60,179 nucleotides of DNA from a virus (taxonomy: Duplodnaviria; Caudoviricetes), in IMG/VR virus record IMGVR_UViG_3300031857_000191, positions 1 through 60,179 of that record; one strand, given 5' to 3'. The notes beneath the pieces are model-generated. The model was not told the origin of the DNA. It did no database searches and worked only from the letters and a program-made list of their open reading frames with translations. Below, piece by piece: positions 15,623-26,267 of this stretch (its first letter is position 1; every line of letters starts with the position of its first letter). The position numbers were made by a program, and so were the translations under genes.

Positions 15623-17920
15623 TTAATTTTCTCTACGTTCTTCAGGCTTATAATATACTATTCTATTATGCCATACTGGAGATGCTAATAACACAGCTGG
15701 GTTTAAATTGCCTTTAGCTGTTTCTTGGTACATATAAGACATCCATGTTTGTTCATATGGGTGTGCCCACTTTGTATCAAGGAACATTTTTCTATTACCT
15801 TCTTTACCAACAATCATAGGCCAGTTGGCATAATATATGTCTCCTGAGATGTAACTTAATCCTTCAAATACTTCAATACTCTTAAATTTAGTTCTTGGAG
15901 CATTTGGATCTAATCCTGATATTGGTAATTTATCATAGTTAGGCCAATCTCTGCTTCTAATTTCTTGAGGAACATTATACCATGATACTTGAATATTATT
16001 ATCCATATACACTTCTGTATAAGATAACTTCATAAAGTCAAACTGCTCTCTAAGCATTATCTTATGAACATTATCATATAAGTTAGGTACATATTTTCTA
16101 AAACCATTTCTACAAAATTCAGTATTGTCTGTAGGATAGAATCCCATATCATCTTCAAAGAAGAAATAAAAATCACTATCTGAATTGTCAAAATGTTCAG
16201 CAGCATATTGTCTACCTCTATTGATACCTAAATTTTCTCCTGTTATAATATGTTCAAATCCATATTTTTCACAAACCACCTTATTTCCTTCTATAGCATC
16301 TGGATTATTTGAATTATCAATTAATATTTTCCTATGTGGTTTTTCTAACCAATCAGATGAACTATTTTTCCATGTTGATAAGGTATGTTCTATTTGTTCT
16401 GGGAAGTTAAAGGTAAGCATATATAGAGATGTCTTTATACCTTTCAAACTTGGATTATATGCTTTTACTTTAGCTTTTGGTTTTATTAAAGGTACTAACT
16501 CAGCTTTATCATCAAGTAATGCTTGAATATATTTTACAATCAAACCATTTCCATCTAATTCAAATCTTCTATAAACACTAGGATTGATATAAGACATAAG
16601 AGTGAATACACTCTCTTCAGTTCCCATTAATCCTCTATTCAAAGTATCTTCTAATAACTTATAATAATCACCATTTACTTCTCTAATTACTTCTTTTCTA
16701 CCACCAAATAATCCTCCTCTACAAACATAATTAACATCTGTACCTGCTATTCTATCCATTTCTTTTTTATCAAAACCATGAATTTCAGTAGTTGTTTCAT
16801 ATGGATAAGATAAGAATAAGAATGAATCTAAATGTTGATTTATTTTATCTAGTACATTATTTTCAGTTAAGAATTTATCATAAACAGTATTAGTTATACC
16901 TGCGTCTAACCAAATAAAATATTCACTGTCAAATGGATTCCAAATTGAAGCATCACTTAACATAAACATTTTAGATTGAACAATTGGATTATACCACTCT
17001 AAATGAGCTTGAGGTGAACCTACTAACCAACCTTGTTCTCCAGTTTGATTAAACCAATCTGGGTTGGTTCTTATATTTTGAGTTCGATCCCAAAATGGTT
17101 TATAAAGATTTTTCACATCTTCTAATTCCATTATTTTAACATAAGTATTTTGTTTAGATCTTTTCTTCCAAACTAAGTATTCATACTCAGCAGGAATATA
17201 GATAAACATATTAACTGGTATATCTAAAAAGTTGTTAAAATGTTCTATATAATGACTAAAATCTCTTCCTGGTCTTCCAATATTCCAAAGTCCAGTTACT
17301 ACTGTTAATTCTTTATTATTAACCTCTACCACTTCCTTTTTTGTTTTTACTATAACAATATGATTTCCTTTATTAACAATACTATATCCTTTAGTTACTG
17401 ATTCAAATTCATCTAAATATTCTATTAGTAATTCCTCAGTACCTTGATATCCTCCTATGTCTTCAATAATGTAAATGCCATTTTCTCTTAATTTAGGAAA
17501 TAGATTTTTTAATGTTTTAACTTGATATTTTGGATCATGATTTCCATCATCAATAATAACATCAAATTCTAAATTATCTAAATAGTAGTCACAATATTCT
17601 TTTTCAGCAGAATCAAACAGAAATGTCTTAATTCTTTCTTCAGTGAACATACAATCTTTAGCTATATCAACTCCATACACTTGAGCATTTGGAAAGAAAT
17701 CTCTCCAAACACGTAATGAACCACCTGGTTTGTAATGACTGAAGTGTTGTGTATTACCAGAAAAAGAACTTGGTATACTTGGGTTTAATGTTCCTAATCC
17801 TATTTCTAGGATAGATGTTGTTTTATATTTTATATTATTAAATAATTCATCATAAGTATAGGTATACTTGCTTAATGTTTTATCAGTACCATATTTTTCT
17901 ACTAATTCAAATAAATCCAT
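15623..17920 (-). CDS. Fusion: SAM methyltransferase + HtrL/YibB-like glycosyltransferase + GT-A (GT2-like) domain
   Basis: GTDK, ILEIG, GVDI, IIDDGNH (MTase); LTVVTGLWNIGR, NPFDSEYFIWLDAG, GGLFGG, GTEE (HtrL-like); LIDNS, NLGINRGR, FFEDD (GT-A). Confidence 0.8.
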   Translation of the reverse strand: MDLFELVEKYGTDKTLSKYTYTYDELFNNIKYKTTSILEIGLGTLNPSIPSSFSGNTQHFSHYKPGGSLRVWRDFFPNAQVYGVDIAKDCMFTEERIKTFLFDSAEKEYCDYYLDNLEFDVIIDDGNHDPKYQVKTLKNLFPKLRENGIYIIEDIGGYQGTEELLIEYLDEFESVTKGYSIVNKGNHIVIVKTKKEVVEVNNKELTVVTGLWNIGRPGRDFSHYIEHFNNFLDIPVNMFIYIPAEYEYLVWKKRSKQNTYVKIMELEDVKNLYKPFWDRTQNIRTNPDWFNQTGEQGWLVGSPQAHLEWYNPIVQSKMFMLSDASIWNPFDSEYFIWLDAGITNTVYDKFLTENNVLDKINQHLDSFLFLSYPYETTTEIHGFDKKEMDRIAGTDVNYVCRGGLFGGRKEVIREVNGDYYKLLEDTLNRGLMGTEESVFTLMSYINPSVYRRFELDGNGLIVKYIQALLDDKAELVPLIKPKAKVKAYNPSLKGIKTSLYMLTFNFPEQIEHTLSTWKNSSSDWLEKPHRKILIDNSNNPDAIEGNKVVCEKYGFEHIITGENLGINRGRQYAAEHFDNSDSDFYFFFEDDMGFYPTDNTEFCRNGFRKYVPNLYDNVHKIMLREQFDFMKLSYTEVYMDNNIQVSWYNVPQEIRSRDWPNYDKLPISGLDPNAPRTKFKSIEVFEGLSYISGDIYYANWPMIVGKEGNRKMFLDTKWAHPYEQTWMSYMYQETAKGNLNPAVLLASPVWHNRIVYYKPEERREN

Positions 17921-17921
17921 C

Positions 17922-19538
17922 TTAATATTTTTTAAAGTAATAATCTTCTATAATTAAACAATCTAGTTCTGTTTTTTCAAGTATTGTGAAAGCGTCTTTA
18001 ACAGTTGATAATATTGGTTTTCCATCCACATTAAAGGATGTATTAAGTAAAACACCGATACCTGTTTTTTCTTCAAATTTAGTTAACAAATCATATAACC
18101 ACTCATTTTGTTCTCTAGTCACTGTTTGAACCCTAGCTGTACCATCTACGTGAGTAATAGCTCCTAATTTTTCTTTCCATTCTTCTCTTACCTTAGGACA
18201 AAAACTCATCCATTTAGATTCTTTATTCCATTCAAAATACTTATTTACATCTTCTAAACGAACAACAGGAGCAAATGGTCTATACCACTCCCTATGTTTT
18301 ACTTTAGCATTTAAAGTATCTTTCATTTCTGGAATAGATGGATTACATATTATGCTTCTATTGCCTAAGGCTCTAGCTCCATGTTCTGATCTACCTCTAG
18401 CTACACCAACTATTTTTCCTTCACTTAAATCATTAATTAAATCATCTTGATCTAAAAAGTTAGATGTAAATCTAATATGAGTGTTTTGAATATAATAAGA
18501 TAAACTATCTAAATCTAATAATGTTGTGCCTGAGTATGTACTATCAAATGGTTTTTCTGGTCTTAAATGATTCAACATTAAACCTAAAGCAATACCACAA
18601 TCATTCGGATCTGGGCCTACAAATACTTCTTTATCAAATTCATTTACTAAACGTGTATTTAATAAAATATTTAAACCACATCCCCCAGCTATACCAATAG
18701 GCAAATCAGGATATTCATTCATATAAGGTAAAGCTATTTCTAAAAAGCTATCTTCAAATGCTCTTTGAGTTGTAGCAGCTATATCCCAAGCTAATTTATC
18801 CTCTATTCTTTCATATATATCAAATGTTACTCCTATTTTATTACCTAATTCATTCACATATTGTTCATAATCTAATCCATTGAGATTACTTTTATAAAAA
18901 TCCATAAATGCTGGTAGCCATTCTTCTCTTACTTCTCCATAAGAAGCTAATCCCATTATTTTGCCTGGATAAACTAAATTGCCTGTTCCTAAATCTTCAA
19001 ATTTAATATCTTTAAGATAATGACCTAATGTCATATATGGAAATCCTAAGTCATAGTAAATATGAGGACTGTCAAATAAAGGACTATTTACACATTCTAA
19101 TAATTTAGGTGACTCACCTCTAATACAATGGTATATATTAAATTTACCATCATTTCCTCCTCCATCAAAAGAAAATACTAACATTTCAGGATGTGGAGAT
19201 TGATAAAAACATCCAGCTGCATGAGCTTCATGATGAAGACCATGAATAAAATTTTTAGCAGGAATATATGTTTCTAGTTCATGTTTTTCACTTATGATAA
19301 CATCTGTATTTAAAAAATAACAGTTTTCAAATTCTGTTATATTAAATTTATTCATTATCCATTGAGGAATATATTGAGCATAGAATAGTATATCTTCTGT
19401 TTTAGGACATTTATATTGAGCTAAACCACTATTTTTATAATTAAGAAATCTTTCTAGTTCTAATACTAAAAGTATTTCACCATTCTCTTCTACAACATAC
19501 GCTGCGTTATGAGATCCGTAAAAAGCTATATTCGCCAT
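17922..19538 (-). CDS. O-carbamoyltransferase (NodU/CmcH/TobZ family)
   Basis: HHEAHAA, DGGG, GKIMGLASYG, AGGCGLN, ARALGNRSI, KHREWYRPFAP, THVDGTARVQTV, LLNTSFN. Confidence 0.95.
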   Translation of the reverse strand: MANIAFYGSHNAAYVVEENGEILLVLELERFLNYKNSGLAQYKCPKTEDILFYAQYIPQWIMNKFNITEFENCYFLNTDVIISEKHELETYIPAKNFIHGLHHEAHAAGCFYQSPHPEMLVFSFDGGGNDGKFNIYHCIRGESPKLLECVNSPLFDSPHIYYDLGFPYMTLGHYLKDIKFEDLGTGNLVYPGKIMGLASYGEVREEWLPAFMDFYKSNLNGLDYEQYVNELGNKIGVTFDIYERIEDKLAWDIAATTQRAFEDSFLEIALPYMNEYPDLPIGIAGGCGLNILLNTRLVNEFDKEVFVGPDPNDCGIALGLMLNHLRPEKPFDSTYSGTTLLDLDSLSYYIQNTHIRFTSNFLDQDDLINDLSEGKIVGVARGRSEHGARALGNRSIICNPSIPEMKDTLNAKVKHREWYRPFAPVVRLEDVNKYFEWNKESKWMSFCPKVREEWKEKLGAITHVDGTARVQTVTREQNEWLYDLLTKFEEKTGIGVLLNTSFNVDGKPILSTVKDAFTILEKTELDCLIIEDYYFKKY

Positions 19539-20450
19539 TTATATTAAAGGTTTTAAAAAGAAATGAGAGAATGATGTTTGTTCTGGTTTAAAGATATTAT
19601 TCCATCCTTCATGATAGAATGTGTCAAAATGCCAATTTTTAAACCAGTTTCTATTAGTGGCATTTATATAAGCCATCACTTCTTGTTCAGTGCATATCTC
19701 ATCTACTTGTAAAATTTGATCTATTACTTCTTTAGACTTGGTAATATACTGTAACATTAATTCAGATTGGCCTCCAAAAAACCCAGCTACAGGAAATACA
19801 GAATCATAATTAGTACTTAAATTTAATTTAGTGTTAAATTCAAATAAATTATCATCTGATGTTTTTCTATATAAGTTGATTATTTTATCTTCAGCATACT
19901 CGTTTATTTTACTTAATACATCTGGATTAAATGCTTTATCATAATGATATACTTTATATTCATTAGCCATATATTGGTTTCCATATAATGAAGCAAATTC
20001 AGGCTCATCATTATATTTACTAGCAAAAGCAGGAAATAATCCATTGTGAGATAAACCTGAATCAATCCAATATAACTGAGTATTTGGTTCATATTCATTA
20101 GCTAAAAAAGAATATTTCATCCAATATATAACTGTTGGTCTAGTATAAAATCTAGGGTTATTAGGATCATTATAAGCAGGTTTACTTGTTCTTATTTTAT
20201 AAACTTGATCTTGATAAGGATTATCTTTGATATCATATACTTTAAGTATTAGATTTTCAAGATTAAATTTTTCTTTTAATTCAACTAATTGATTATATCC
20301 TTTATCTCCAGGATCAGTATAGCAAATTATTTCTCCCATGTTACTTATAGTAGCTAGAGAGTACTTATACCATCTATCTCTATTTAACTGTCCCCAATAA
20401 GGTTCTCCATTATGAAATGGATAATACGATGTTACTAATTTATTTTTCAT
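19539..20450 (-). CDS. HtrL/YibB-like glycosyltransferase
   Basis: YWIDSG, AGFFGG, TEQEVM motifs parallel to the middle domain of 15623..17920. Confidence 0.65.
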   Translation of the reverse strand: MKNKLVTSYYPFHNGEPYWGQLNRDRWYKYSLATISNMGEIICYTDPGDKGYNQLVELKEKFNLENLILKVYDIKDNPYQDQVYKIRTSKPAYNDPNNPRFYTRPTVIYWMKYSFLANEYEPNTQLYWIDSGLSHNGLFPAFASKYNDEPEFASLYGNQYMANEYKVYHYDKAFNPDVLSKINEYAEDKIINLYRKTSDDNLFEFNTKLNLSTNYDSVFPVAGFFGGQSELMLQYITKSKEVIDQILQVDEICTEQEVMAYINATNRNWFKNWHFDTFYHEGWNNIFKPEQTSFSHFFLKPLI

Positions 20451-21691
20451 ATTGTATGTTCTATTCTTTCAGCCCAGCCTCTTTCTTTACTATAAGCCCA
20501 AGCTACCATTCGTTTAGGATCTTTATCAAAATAAGGAAAAAATTCTTCATAATGAATAGGTGTACCATTCATAAATGATTCTAATTGATGTCCTTCAATA
20601 GTTTTAGTATGGATACCAATACCATTTTCATCATCAAATGCAATTAATATAGACGCATAATCATTAGCTGGTAATTCATTTTTATGAATTGTCACTAAGT
20701 GATAAAATGATTTAGACCAAGGGCTATCAATTTGATTAGGTGGGTATTGATTATCTAGAGTATATTTTTGAACTGATCTAGTTTTAAAATTCACACCAGC
20801 ATATGTTTCATAATCTTCTATTGTTCTAGCAGTTCCTAAATCATATCCTGTTAAATCATATCCATTATCTTCTACTCTAAATAATTGTCTAATTTTAGCT
20901 CTAGCTATATTTTGTCTATTCCACCAATCAACTCCAAGTTTAGCATCATCATCCCATTTTAACATTCCGCTTCTTTCTTCTCTCATAGTTGAATGCCATA
21001 CTACTAATTTATGAGGGTGGAACATATCATATCCATGAGTATAAGATCTAACTGTTAGGTTAATTTCTTCACCACTAAAGTAAATATCTGGATCATGTTT
21101 TACTTCTCTAGCCCATTCTGTTCTAGCAAAACAAAAATGTCCTGATAAGAATCTACTAAATGGAGGTTCAGTCATATCTTTCCAACCATGTAATAAACTT
21201 GGTCTAATAAAAATAGTACCATGAGGATAAAAACAAGCAAATTGTTGTTGCCAAGGTTCCATTGAACGTCCTGCTGGATCATTAAATGGAGTATATAATG
21301 GTAAATAAGCGGCTAATATTGGTTTATAACCTTGTTTTTCTCTTTGATTATGCATTTCAATTAATGTCACATCCCAATCTTGAGCAAATCTATGATGTGA
21401 ATCAAGTTGTAAGATATAATCTTGTTTACCCATTAATTGCTCATTTATCACTGCTCTAGCCCAAGGTAAACCTTTAGCTTCAGTATATAAACATTCATAA
21501 ATGTTAAAACGTTTATCCCCTTTAAACTCAGTTAAATCATCAAATTTATCATCTGGATGATATTGTCTACAAATACCAAAATGAATACGCTTAGGGTATT
21601 TAGCATTTTTAAGAGCATCCTTAATAGTAGGTACTAATTCTGGATCTCTATAAGCTGGTAAGTGAATAAATATTGTTTCTTTTTTATTCAT
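20447..21691 (-). CDS. GT60-like (Skp1/polypeptide) GlcNAc transferase, paralogue 2
   Basis: TIFIHLPAYRDPEL, KGLPWAR, LQLDSHHRF..WD, FLSGHFCF, GEE motifs of the Gnt1-type family. Confidence 0.85.
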   Translation of the reverse strand: MNKKETIFIHLPAYRDPELVPTIKDALKNAKYPKRIHFGICRQYHPDDKFDDLTEFKGDKRFNIYECLYTEAKGLPWARAVINEQLMGKQDYILQLDSHHRFAQDWDVTLIEMHNQREKQGYKPILAAYLPLYTPFNDPAGRSMEPWQQQFACFYPHGTIFIRPSLLHGWKDMTEPPFSRFLSGHFCFARTEWAREVKHDPDIYFSGEEINLTVRSYTHGYDMFHPHKLVVWHSTMREERSGMLKWDDDAKLGVDWWNRQNIARAKIRQLFRVEDNGYDLTGYDLGTARTIEDYETYAGVNFKTRSVQKYTLDNQYPPNQIDSPWSKSFYHLVTIHKNELPANDYASILIAFDDENGIGIHTKTIEGHQLESFMNGTPIHYEEFFPYFDKDPKRMVAWAYSKERGWAERIEHTI

Positions 21692-22931
21692 ATTTTATAT
21701 TTTGTTCTATTCGTTCACACCATCCTTTTGAAGTACTATGTGGCCATACTCTCCAAGATTTTGGTTGTTTATTATCATTATATTCTCTCCAAATGTGTAT
21801 AAATTGATCATTTGGATCTTGATTTAATAGCCCTTGATATTCTTGAACATCCATATCTTGTCTATAAGCATCTGTTCCATCTTCATTTAAAACTGCTACA
21901 GCGAAAGAAGTATAATCACTTTCAGTTAATGCTCCTTTCCAAACATCAATACAAATTTTAAGCTTATTAAGTAAATTATCTTCAAACTTATCTTGAGGAA
22001 CAGGGAGTGGTTTATATTCAACAGTATGTTTATGTACTTGTCTAGTAGAAAATTTAACACCAATGTAATGTTCATATTCTTCTAAAGTACGAACTTTTCC
22101 AAATCCATATTTTTCTAAATCTGTAGTTGAACCTTCTATTACACTACCCATACCATGTAAAGCTCTATATCTAGAATAAGATATTGAATTTCTTTTATTC
22201 CATTCACTATCATCATCCCATTGTTTTACTTTTCCTGATCTAGTATATTCATGCCACATAATTGGCTTATGAGGATGAAATAAATCATATCCATAAGTAA
22301 ATGAACGAGCAGCTAATGATGGTTCTTCACCATGAAAATAATATAAAGGATCATATTTAACTTCATTACACCATTTGCCTAATGTAAAAATAAAATGTCC
22401 TGATAAAAATCTAGATGGGATAGGTCCTGTAAGTGATTTCCAATCTGGAATAGAATGTGGTTTAATAAAGATAGGACCCTCAGGCATATATCTATCAAAC
22501 TCTAAACTCCAACAATCATCTTGTCTTCCTGCTGGGTCATTATTTGGAAAATATCCTGGTAGGTAAGCTGTTAAAAGTGGTTTTTTATGACCTTCTTTTT
22601 TGAGACTTTTTAACATCTTAATTAAAGTAGAGTCCCAATGTTTAGTAAATCTGTGGTGTGAATCTAATTGTAAATAATATGTTTCACCACCATATAAATC
22701 TTGTAGTAAATTTCTAGCCCAACATGCTCCTTTAGCTTGTTGGTATGGTACTTTAATAAAATGAAATCTAGAATCATTTTCAAACTCTTCTATAGACTCA
22801 TCTTCACCATACTGCCAACATACACCTATTTTTAACCTATCTGGATTTTTAGCTGTTGCTAATAAATCTCGTAATGTAGGTAATAATTCAGGATCACGAT
22901 AGCTAGCTATCGAAATAAAAATTGTTTCCAT
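21684..22931 (-). CDS. GT60-like (Skp1/polypeptide) GlcNAc transferase, paralogue 1
   Basis: TIFISIASYRDPEL, AKGACWAR, ETYYLQLDSHHRF..WD, YFHGEE, HEY, GKVRTLEEY. Confidence 0.88.
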   Translation of the reverse strand: METIFISIASYRDPELLPTLRDLLATAKNPDRLKIGVCWQYGEDESIEEFENDSRFHFIKVPYQQAKGACWARNLLQDLYGGETYYLQLDSHHRFTKHWDSTLIKMLKSLKKEGHKKPLLTAYLPGYFPNNDPAGRQDDCWSLEFDRYMPEGPIFIKPHSIPDWKSLTGPIPSRFLSGHFIFTLGKWCNEVKYDPLYYFHGEEPSLAARSFTYGYDLFHPHKPIMWHEYTRSGKVKQWDDDSEWNKRNSISYSRYRALHGMGSVIEGSTTDLEKYGFGKVRTLEEYEHYIGVKFSTRQVHKHTVEYKPLPVPQDKFEDNLLNKLKICIDVWKGALTESDYTSFAVAVLNEDGTDAYRQDMDVQEYQGLLNQDPNDQFIHIWREYNDNKQPKSWRVWPHSTSKGWCERIEQNIKYE

Positions 22932-22948
22932 AACTAATTCAATATAAC

Positions 22949-23962
22949 TTAAATTTCTTGATTTTCCAATAATCCTTTAGCCTTCTCATAACTCATGTTA
23001 TAAGTTTTCTTTCTTCTATTACCTGTGATAATCTCAAGTTCAGAACATAATACTATAAAGTTATTAATATCTGTTTGATTACAAGGTATTTTTGAAGTAG
23101 AAGCTAAAGCAATTAATTTAGTTTTTGGTAAAGCGGAATCTTGTTCTTTTTTTCTTCCGTTTTGATAGTATAATTTTAATAAACGTAAATTTATTTCTAA
23201 TTGTCTGAATTTAGGTGTTGTTAATAACTCCTTCATTTCATCATATGAAGTCCATGTATAATAAGAACTAAATGCTACACCTATTAAGATAATTAATTCT
23301 AAAAATACAACCATTAAAGCAAACGCAGTGTTGTTTTCTTTGAGTGTGTTAGATTGTATTTCAGTTTTTTTCGTAACTTTTGATTCAAGCTCATTAATTT
23401 TTTGTTCTTTCTGGATAGATAAAACATTAACAATCGAGTCTCTGTATAGTCTGTCAGCTTTCCTAGTACCTGGTTGATTTCTGTAGAATTGAATTTCCTT
23501 ATCATAATACTTAGCTATTGAATCTGTTTTATTAGATAATGTAGAATCCGCTTTAACTGATATAGTTTCAGATGTGTCTATCAATCTATGAGCACCATTT
23601 AATGATAAATAAAATGATCCTGCTACTAAAGATCCACACACTAGAAATCCTATAACATTGTTAAATGTTATTAATTTATTTCTAAAAATAGATAATGTTA
23701 ATTGTTCAAAAGCAAATCTCTTAAATAGTTCATATCCAGTCATAAACAAGATAATGAATATAGAAAAGAATAAATCTTGTCCTGGAAATAAATGAGGGAT
23801 ACTATTTGTTACATTCTTAATAAAGAAATAACTAAATAAAATCAAAAATATGTTACCTAAAAACGAAAAATAATATAATGTATTGCTTAGTGAGTTAAAA
23901 TTTCTCTCAAAGCTAAACGTTTCTAAATCATTTTTAAGTTTAAAGTATTTATCTAATTTCAT
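22949..23962 (-). CDS. Multi-TM membrane protein with coiled-coil region
   Basis: Three N-terminal TM helices, a helical soluble region, a fourth TM helix and a basic C-terminal domain. Confidence 0.6.
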   Translation of the reverse strand: MKLDKYFKLKNDLETFSFERNFNSLSNTLYYFSFLGNIFLILFSYFFIKNVTNSIPHLFPGQDLFFSIFIILFMTGYELFKRFAFEQLTLSIFRNKLITFNNVIGFLVCGSLVAGSFYLSLNGAHRLIDTSETISVKADSTLSNKTDSIAKYYDKEIQFYRNQPGTRKADRLYRDSIVNVLSIQKEQKINELESKVTKKTEIQSNTLKENNTAFALMVVFLELIILIGVAFSSYYTWTSYDEMKELLTTPKFRQLEINLRLLKLYYQNGRKKEQDSALPKTKLIALASTSKIPCNQTDINNFIVLCSELEIITGNRRKKTYNMSYEKAKGLLENQEI

Positions 23963-24285
23963 ATAACTTCTTCTAACAAACCATCTTTAGCTAATACAAT
24001 AACACCACTATATAAAGGATGTTTATTATCTACATTAACTATTTGTCCTTCAAAATATTGAACTCCACCATAGTTAAGTGGTTTTAAAATTTTAAATTTA
24101 CGTACTTTAGAATCATAAGGAAATAATTCATTAAGCATCTGTCTACGTTCATCACATCCACATCCTTCAGCTCCAGCTAATTTAGCGACAGCATCTGCTA
24201 CTTTATCAATACCAAAAAAATTAGTTACTTTAGCTATTGTGTCACCAATGCCTTGTGATTTTTGTTTTGGATCAAATCCTTCCAT
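23959..24285 (-). CDS. Hypothetical phage protein with CGC motif
   Basis: GIGDTIAK...GCGCDERR..LN; ATATTTAT motif upstream. Confidence 0.6.
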   Translation of the reverse strand: MEGFDPKQKSQGIGDTIAKVTNFFGIDKVADAVAKLAGAEGCGCDERRQMLNELFPYDSKVRKFKILKPLNYGGVQYFEGQIVNVDNKHPLYSGVIVLAKDGLLEEVI

Positions 24286-24319
24286 GATATAATGTTTTCA
24301 TTATATAAATATATACAAA

Positions 24320-24847
24320 CTATAAGGAATTACGTTGTTTGTCTCCTTGCCATTGTCCATTATATAATTCAGCACCATTACATTCGTGGAAGTAGATTTG
24401 TGCTACTCTAGCATCTTTTTCAATGAATATTGTTTCATGTACATAAAGTAATGTACCCATATTTTCTGTTTCAAAGCCTGGATCAAATACGGGGCTATTA
24501 ATAATTGCGCCATTACGATACAATGATGAACGTTGTTTGATAAATGCTACACGATTATCAGGTATTTTACAACCTTCATTAAAAGTAATATCATAAACAC
24601 CTTCATGTAATAACCATCCTTCAACTCCATCTAAATTAATAGATTCAAATGGGGTGTATGTAGTTAATTCAGTTTTGTCTTTTAATACTTTACCAATTTT
24701 GTAATCAGCATTATTAGAAGTAGTGTTTGGAAATCCTACTTTCTGTACTGCTTTAAGAGTAATATCATAACCAACTTGTGCTGGTTTACCTTGTGTATTT
24801 TCTAATAGTAATAGACCTTCGTCTACAATTTGTTTTGCGTTTAACAT
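24320..24847 (-). CDS. dCTP deaminase/trimeric dUTPase family protein
   Basis: GYDITL, QRSSLYRNG, FDPGF, RVAQ, YNGQWQG motifs. Confidence 0.85.
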   Translation of the reverse strand: MLNAKQIVDEGLLLLENTQGKPAQVGYDITLKAVQKVGFPNTTSNNADYKIGKVLKDKTELTTYTPFESINLDGVEGWLLHEGVYDITFNEGCKIPDNRVAFIKQRSSLYRNGAIINSPVFDPGFETENMGTLLYVHETIFIEKDARVAQIYFHECNGAELYNGQWQGDKQRNSL

Positions 24848-24859
24848 ATTATAAATTTA

Positions 24860-25030
24860 TTAAAATTCTTCAGCGATTCCAAGTAATTCAGCTCCAATTA
24901 ATAGACCACCAGCAGCGTTAATATACCAATGATCAACATACATTAGAGCTATTCCTGCTAGTATTCTTCCTACTGATTTAATTAGACTAAGTCTAAAATG
25001 CCAGTTTGTTTTTGATTCTTTTACTTGCAT
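24860..25030 (-). CDS. 56-aa membrane protein (below ORF-track cutoff)
   Basis: MQVKESKTNWHFRLSLIKSVGRILAGIALMYVDHWYINAAGGLLIGAELLGIAEEF; fills the gap between its neighbours. Confidence 0.7.
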   Translation of the reverse strand: MQVKESKTNWHFRLSLIKSVGRILAGIALMYVDHWYINAAGGLLIGAELLGIAEEF

Positions 25031-25031
25031 A

Positions 25032-25322
25032 TTATAATAAATAGTTTTGTACAGTAGGTATTTCTATTGTGTCATAAGTTGCTTCAAATATATCTGGTTT
25101 GCAAGGATAATACTCACCTTTCACCCCACGAATTATATAATCTCCTTTAGAACATTTCATATCACCTTCTAAAGTTGGAATTAACAAATATGGAGAACCA
25201 TCTTCTTCTTTTCCAATTTTAAATTTTTCTATATCACTAAGTGAGAAGATATCTAAACATCTGAAGTTTCCATCATATTGTACTGCTTCAATTACTACTG
25301 GTTTTTTTCTATACTTTGGCAT
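25032..25322 (-). CDS. Conserved phage protein (PGDYG-like)
   Basis: YRKKPVVIEAVQ, IPTLEG, GDYIIRG, YPCKPDIF..TY. Confidence 0.8.
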   Translation of the reverse strand: MPKYRKKPVVIEAVQYDGNFRCLDIFSLSDIEKFKIGKEEDGSPYLLIPTLEGDMKCSKGDYIIRGVKGEYYPCKPDIFEATYDTIEIPTVQNYLL

Positions 25323-25323
25323 A

Positions 25324-25959
25324 TTATTTCATTTTTGTTCCATTCACTTCAATAGCGTGTAAGAACTCTTCTCTAATTAAATTATCTTTCTCCATAAACA
25401 CACCACTAAATTTATTTGTAGTCATTGTAGATGGATGTTTGATACCTCTATGTGAACAACAAGTATGTTTACAAGCAATACTAACTGCTACAGATGGACA
25501 ATCCATTTTAGTAGATAAGTAATCATGAATTTGTTGTGTTAATGATTCTTGCATTTGTGGCCTACGAGAAAACCATTCAACAATTCTATTTAATTTACTT
25601 AACCCAATTACATTTTCACCTGGTACATAAGCTAATGTAGCAAATCCAGTAAATGCTAAGTTGTGATGAGCACACATACTAACGATAGGAATACCTGATT
25701 GGATTACTAATCCATTATAACCATCATCATTAGGGAATACAGTGATGTTTGGTTCATCAGTAATACTACCTACAATTAAATCTTTCAACCATGCTTTAGC
25801 TACACGACGAGGTGTATCTTCTGTTTGTCTATCTGCTTTATAATCAAATCCTACTGCTGTAAGAAACTGAGCATACGCCTCAGATGCATTCTCAATCATT
25901 TGCTCTACTTCTTCTGGTGTACGAGCTAAATTACCATTTGATTTTTTTAATAAATCCAT
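25324..25959 (-). CDS. folE: GTP cyclohydrolase I
   Basis: TPRRVAK, SMCAHH, GLSKLNR, RPQMQE, HTC...RG. Confidence 0.95.
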   Translation of the reverse strand: MDLLKKSNGNLARTPEEVEQMIENASEAYAQFLTAVGFDYKADRQTEDTPRRVAKAWLKDLIVGSITDEPNITVFPNDDGYNGLVIQSGIPIVSMCAHHNLAFTGFATLAYVPGENVIGLSKLNRIVEWFSRRPQMQESLTQQIHDYLSTKMDCPSVAVSIACKHTCCSHRGIKHPSTMTTNKFSGVFMEKDNLIREEFLHAIEVNGTKMK

Positions 25960-25961
25960 AA

Positions 25962-26174
25962 TTAATCTTTTTTATTTTCGTTTAATTTAGCTATTTCTTT
26001 TTGATTTTCCAAAAGTTTTATAGCTACCATAGTATTAAATGTTGAGATTTGATCCCATAATTTATCTATTTCTCTTTTAGCTTTTTCTAATTGAATGTGT
26101 TGACGTATTTGTAAACCCATCAAAATAAATAAAGCTCCTATTAATAGGTGTTCTGGAGTTAATGTTATATTCAT
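25962..26174 (-). CDS. Small membrane-anchored coiled-coil protein
   Basis: N-terminal hydrophobic helix followed by a heptad-like region. Confidence 0.55.
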   Translation of the reverse strand: MNITLTPEHLLIGALFILMGLQIRQHIQLEKAKREIDKLWDQISTFNTMVAIKLLENQKEIAKLNENKKD

Positions 26175-26266
26175 TTCAATTTATTTATTTGTCTAATCAT
26201 GTTTATAGCTCCAAATACTGATAGTATAGCTATAACAACATAACCCCATATAATTAATGTTTCCAT
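26171..26266 (-). CDS. 31-aa single-TM peptide (below ORF-track cutoff)
   Basis: METLIIWGYVVIAILSVFGAINMIRQINKLK; starts just after the queE stop and has an ATGA overlap with the next gene. Confidence 0.6.
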   Translation of the reverse strand: METLIIWGYVVIAILSVFGAINMIRQINKLK

Positions 26267-26267
26267 A

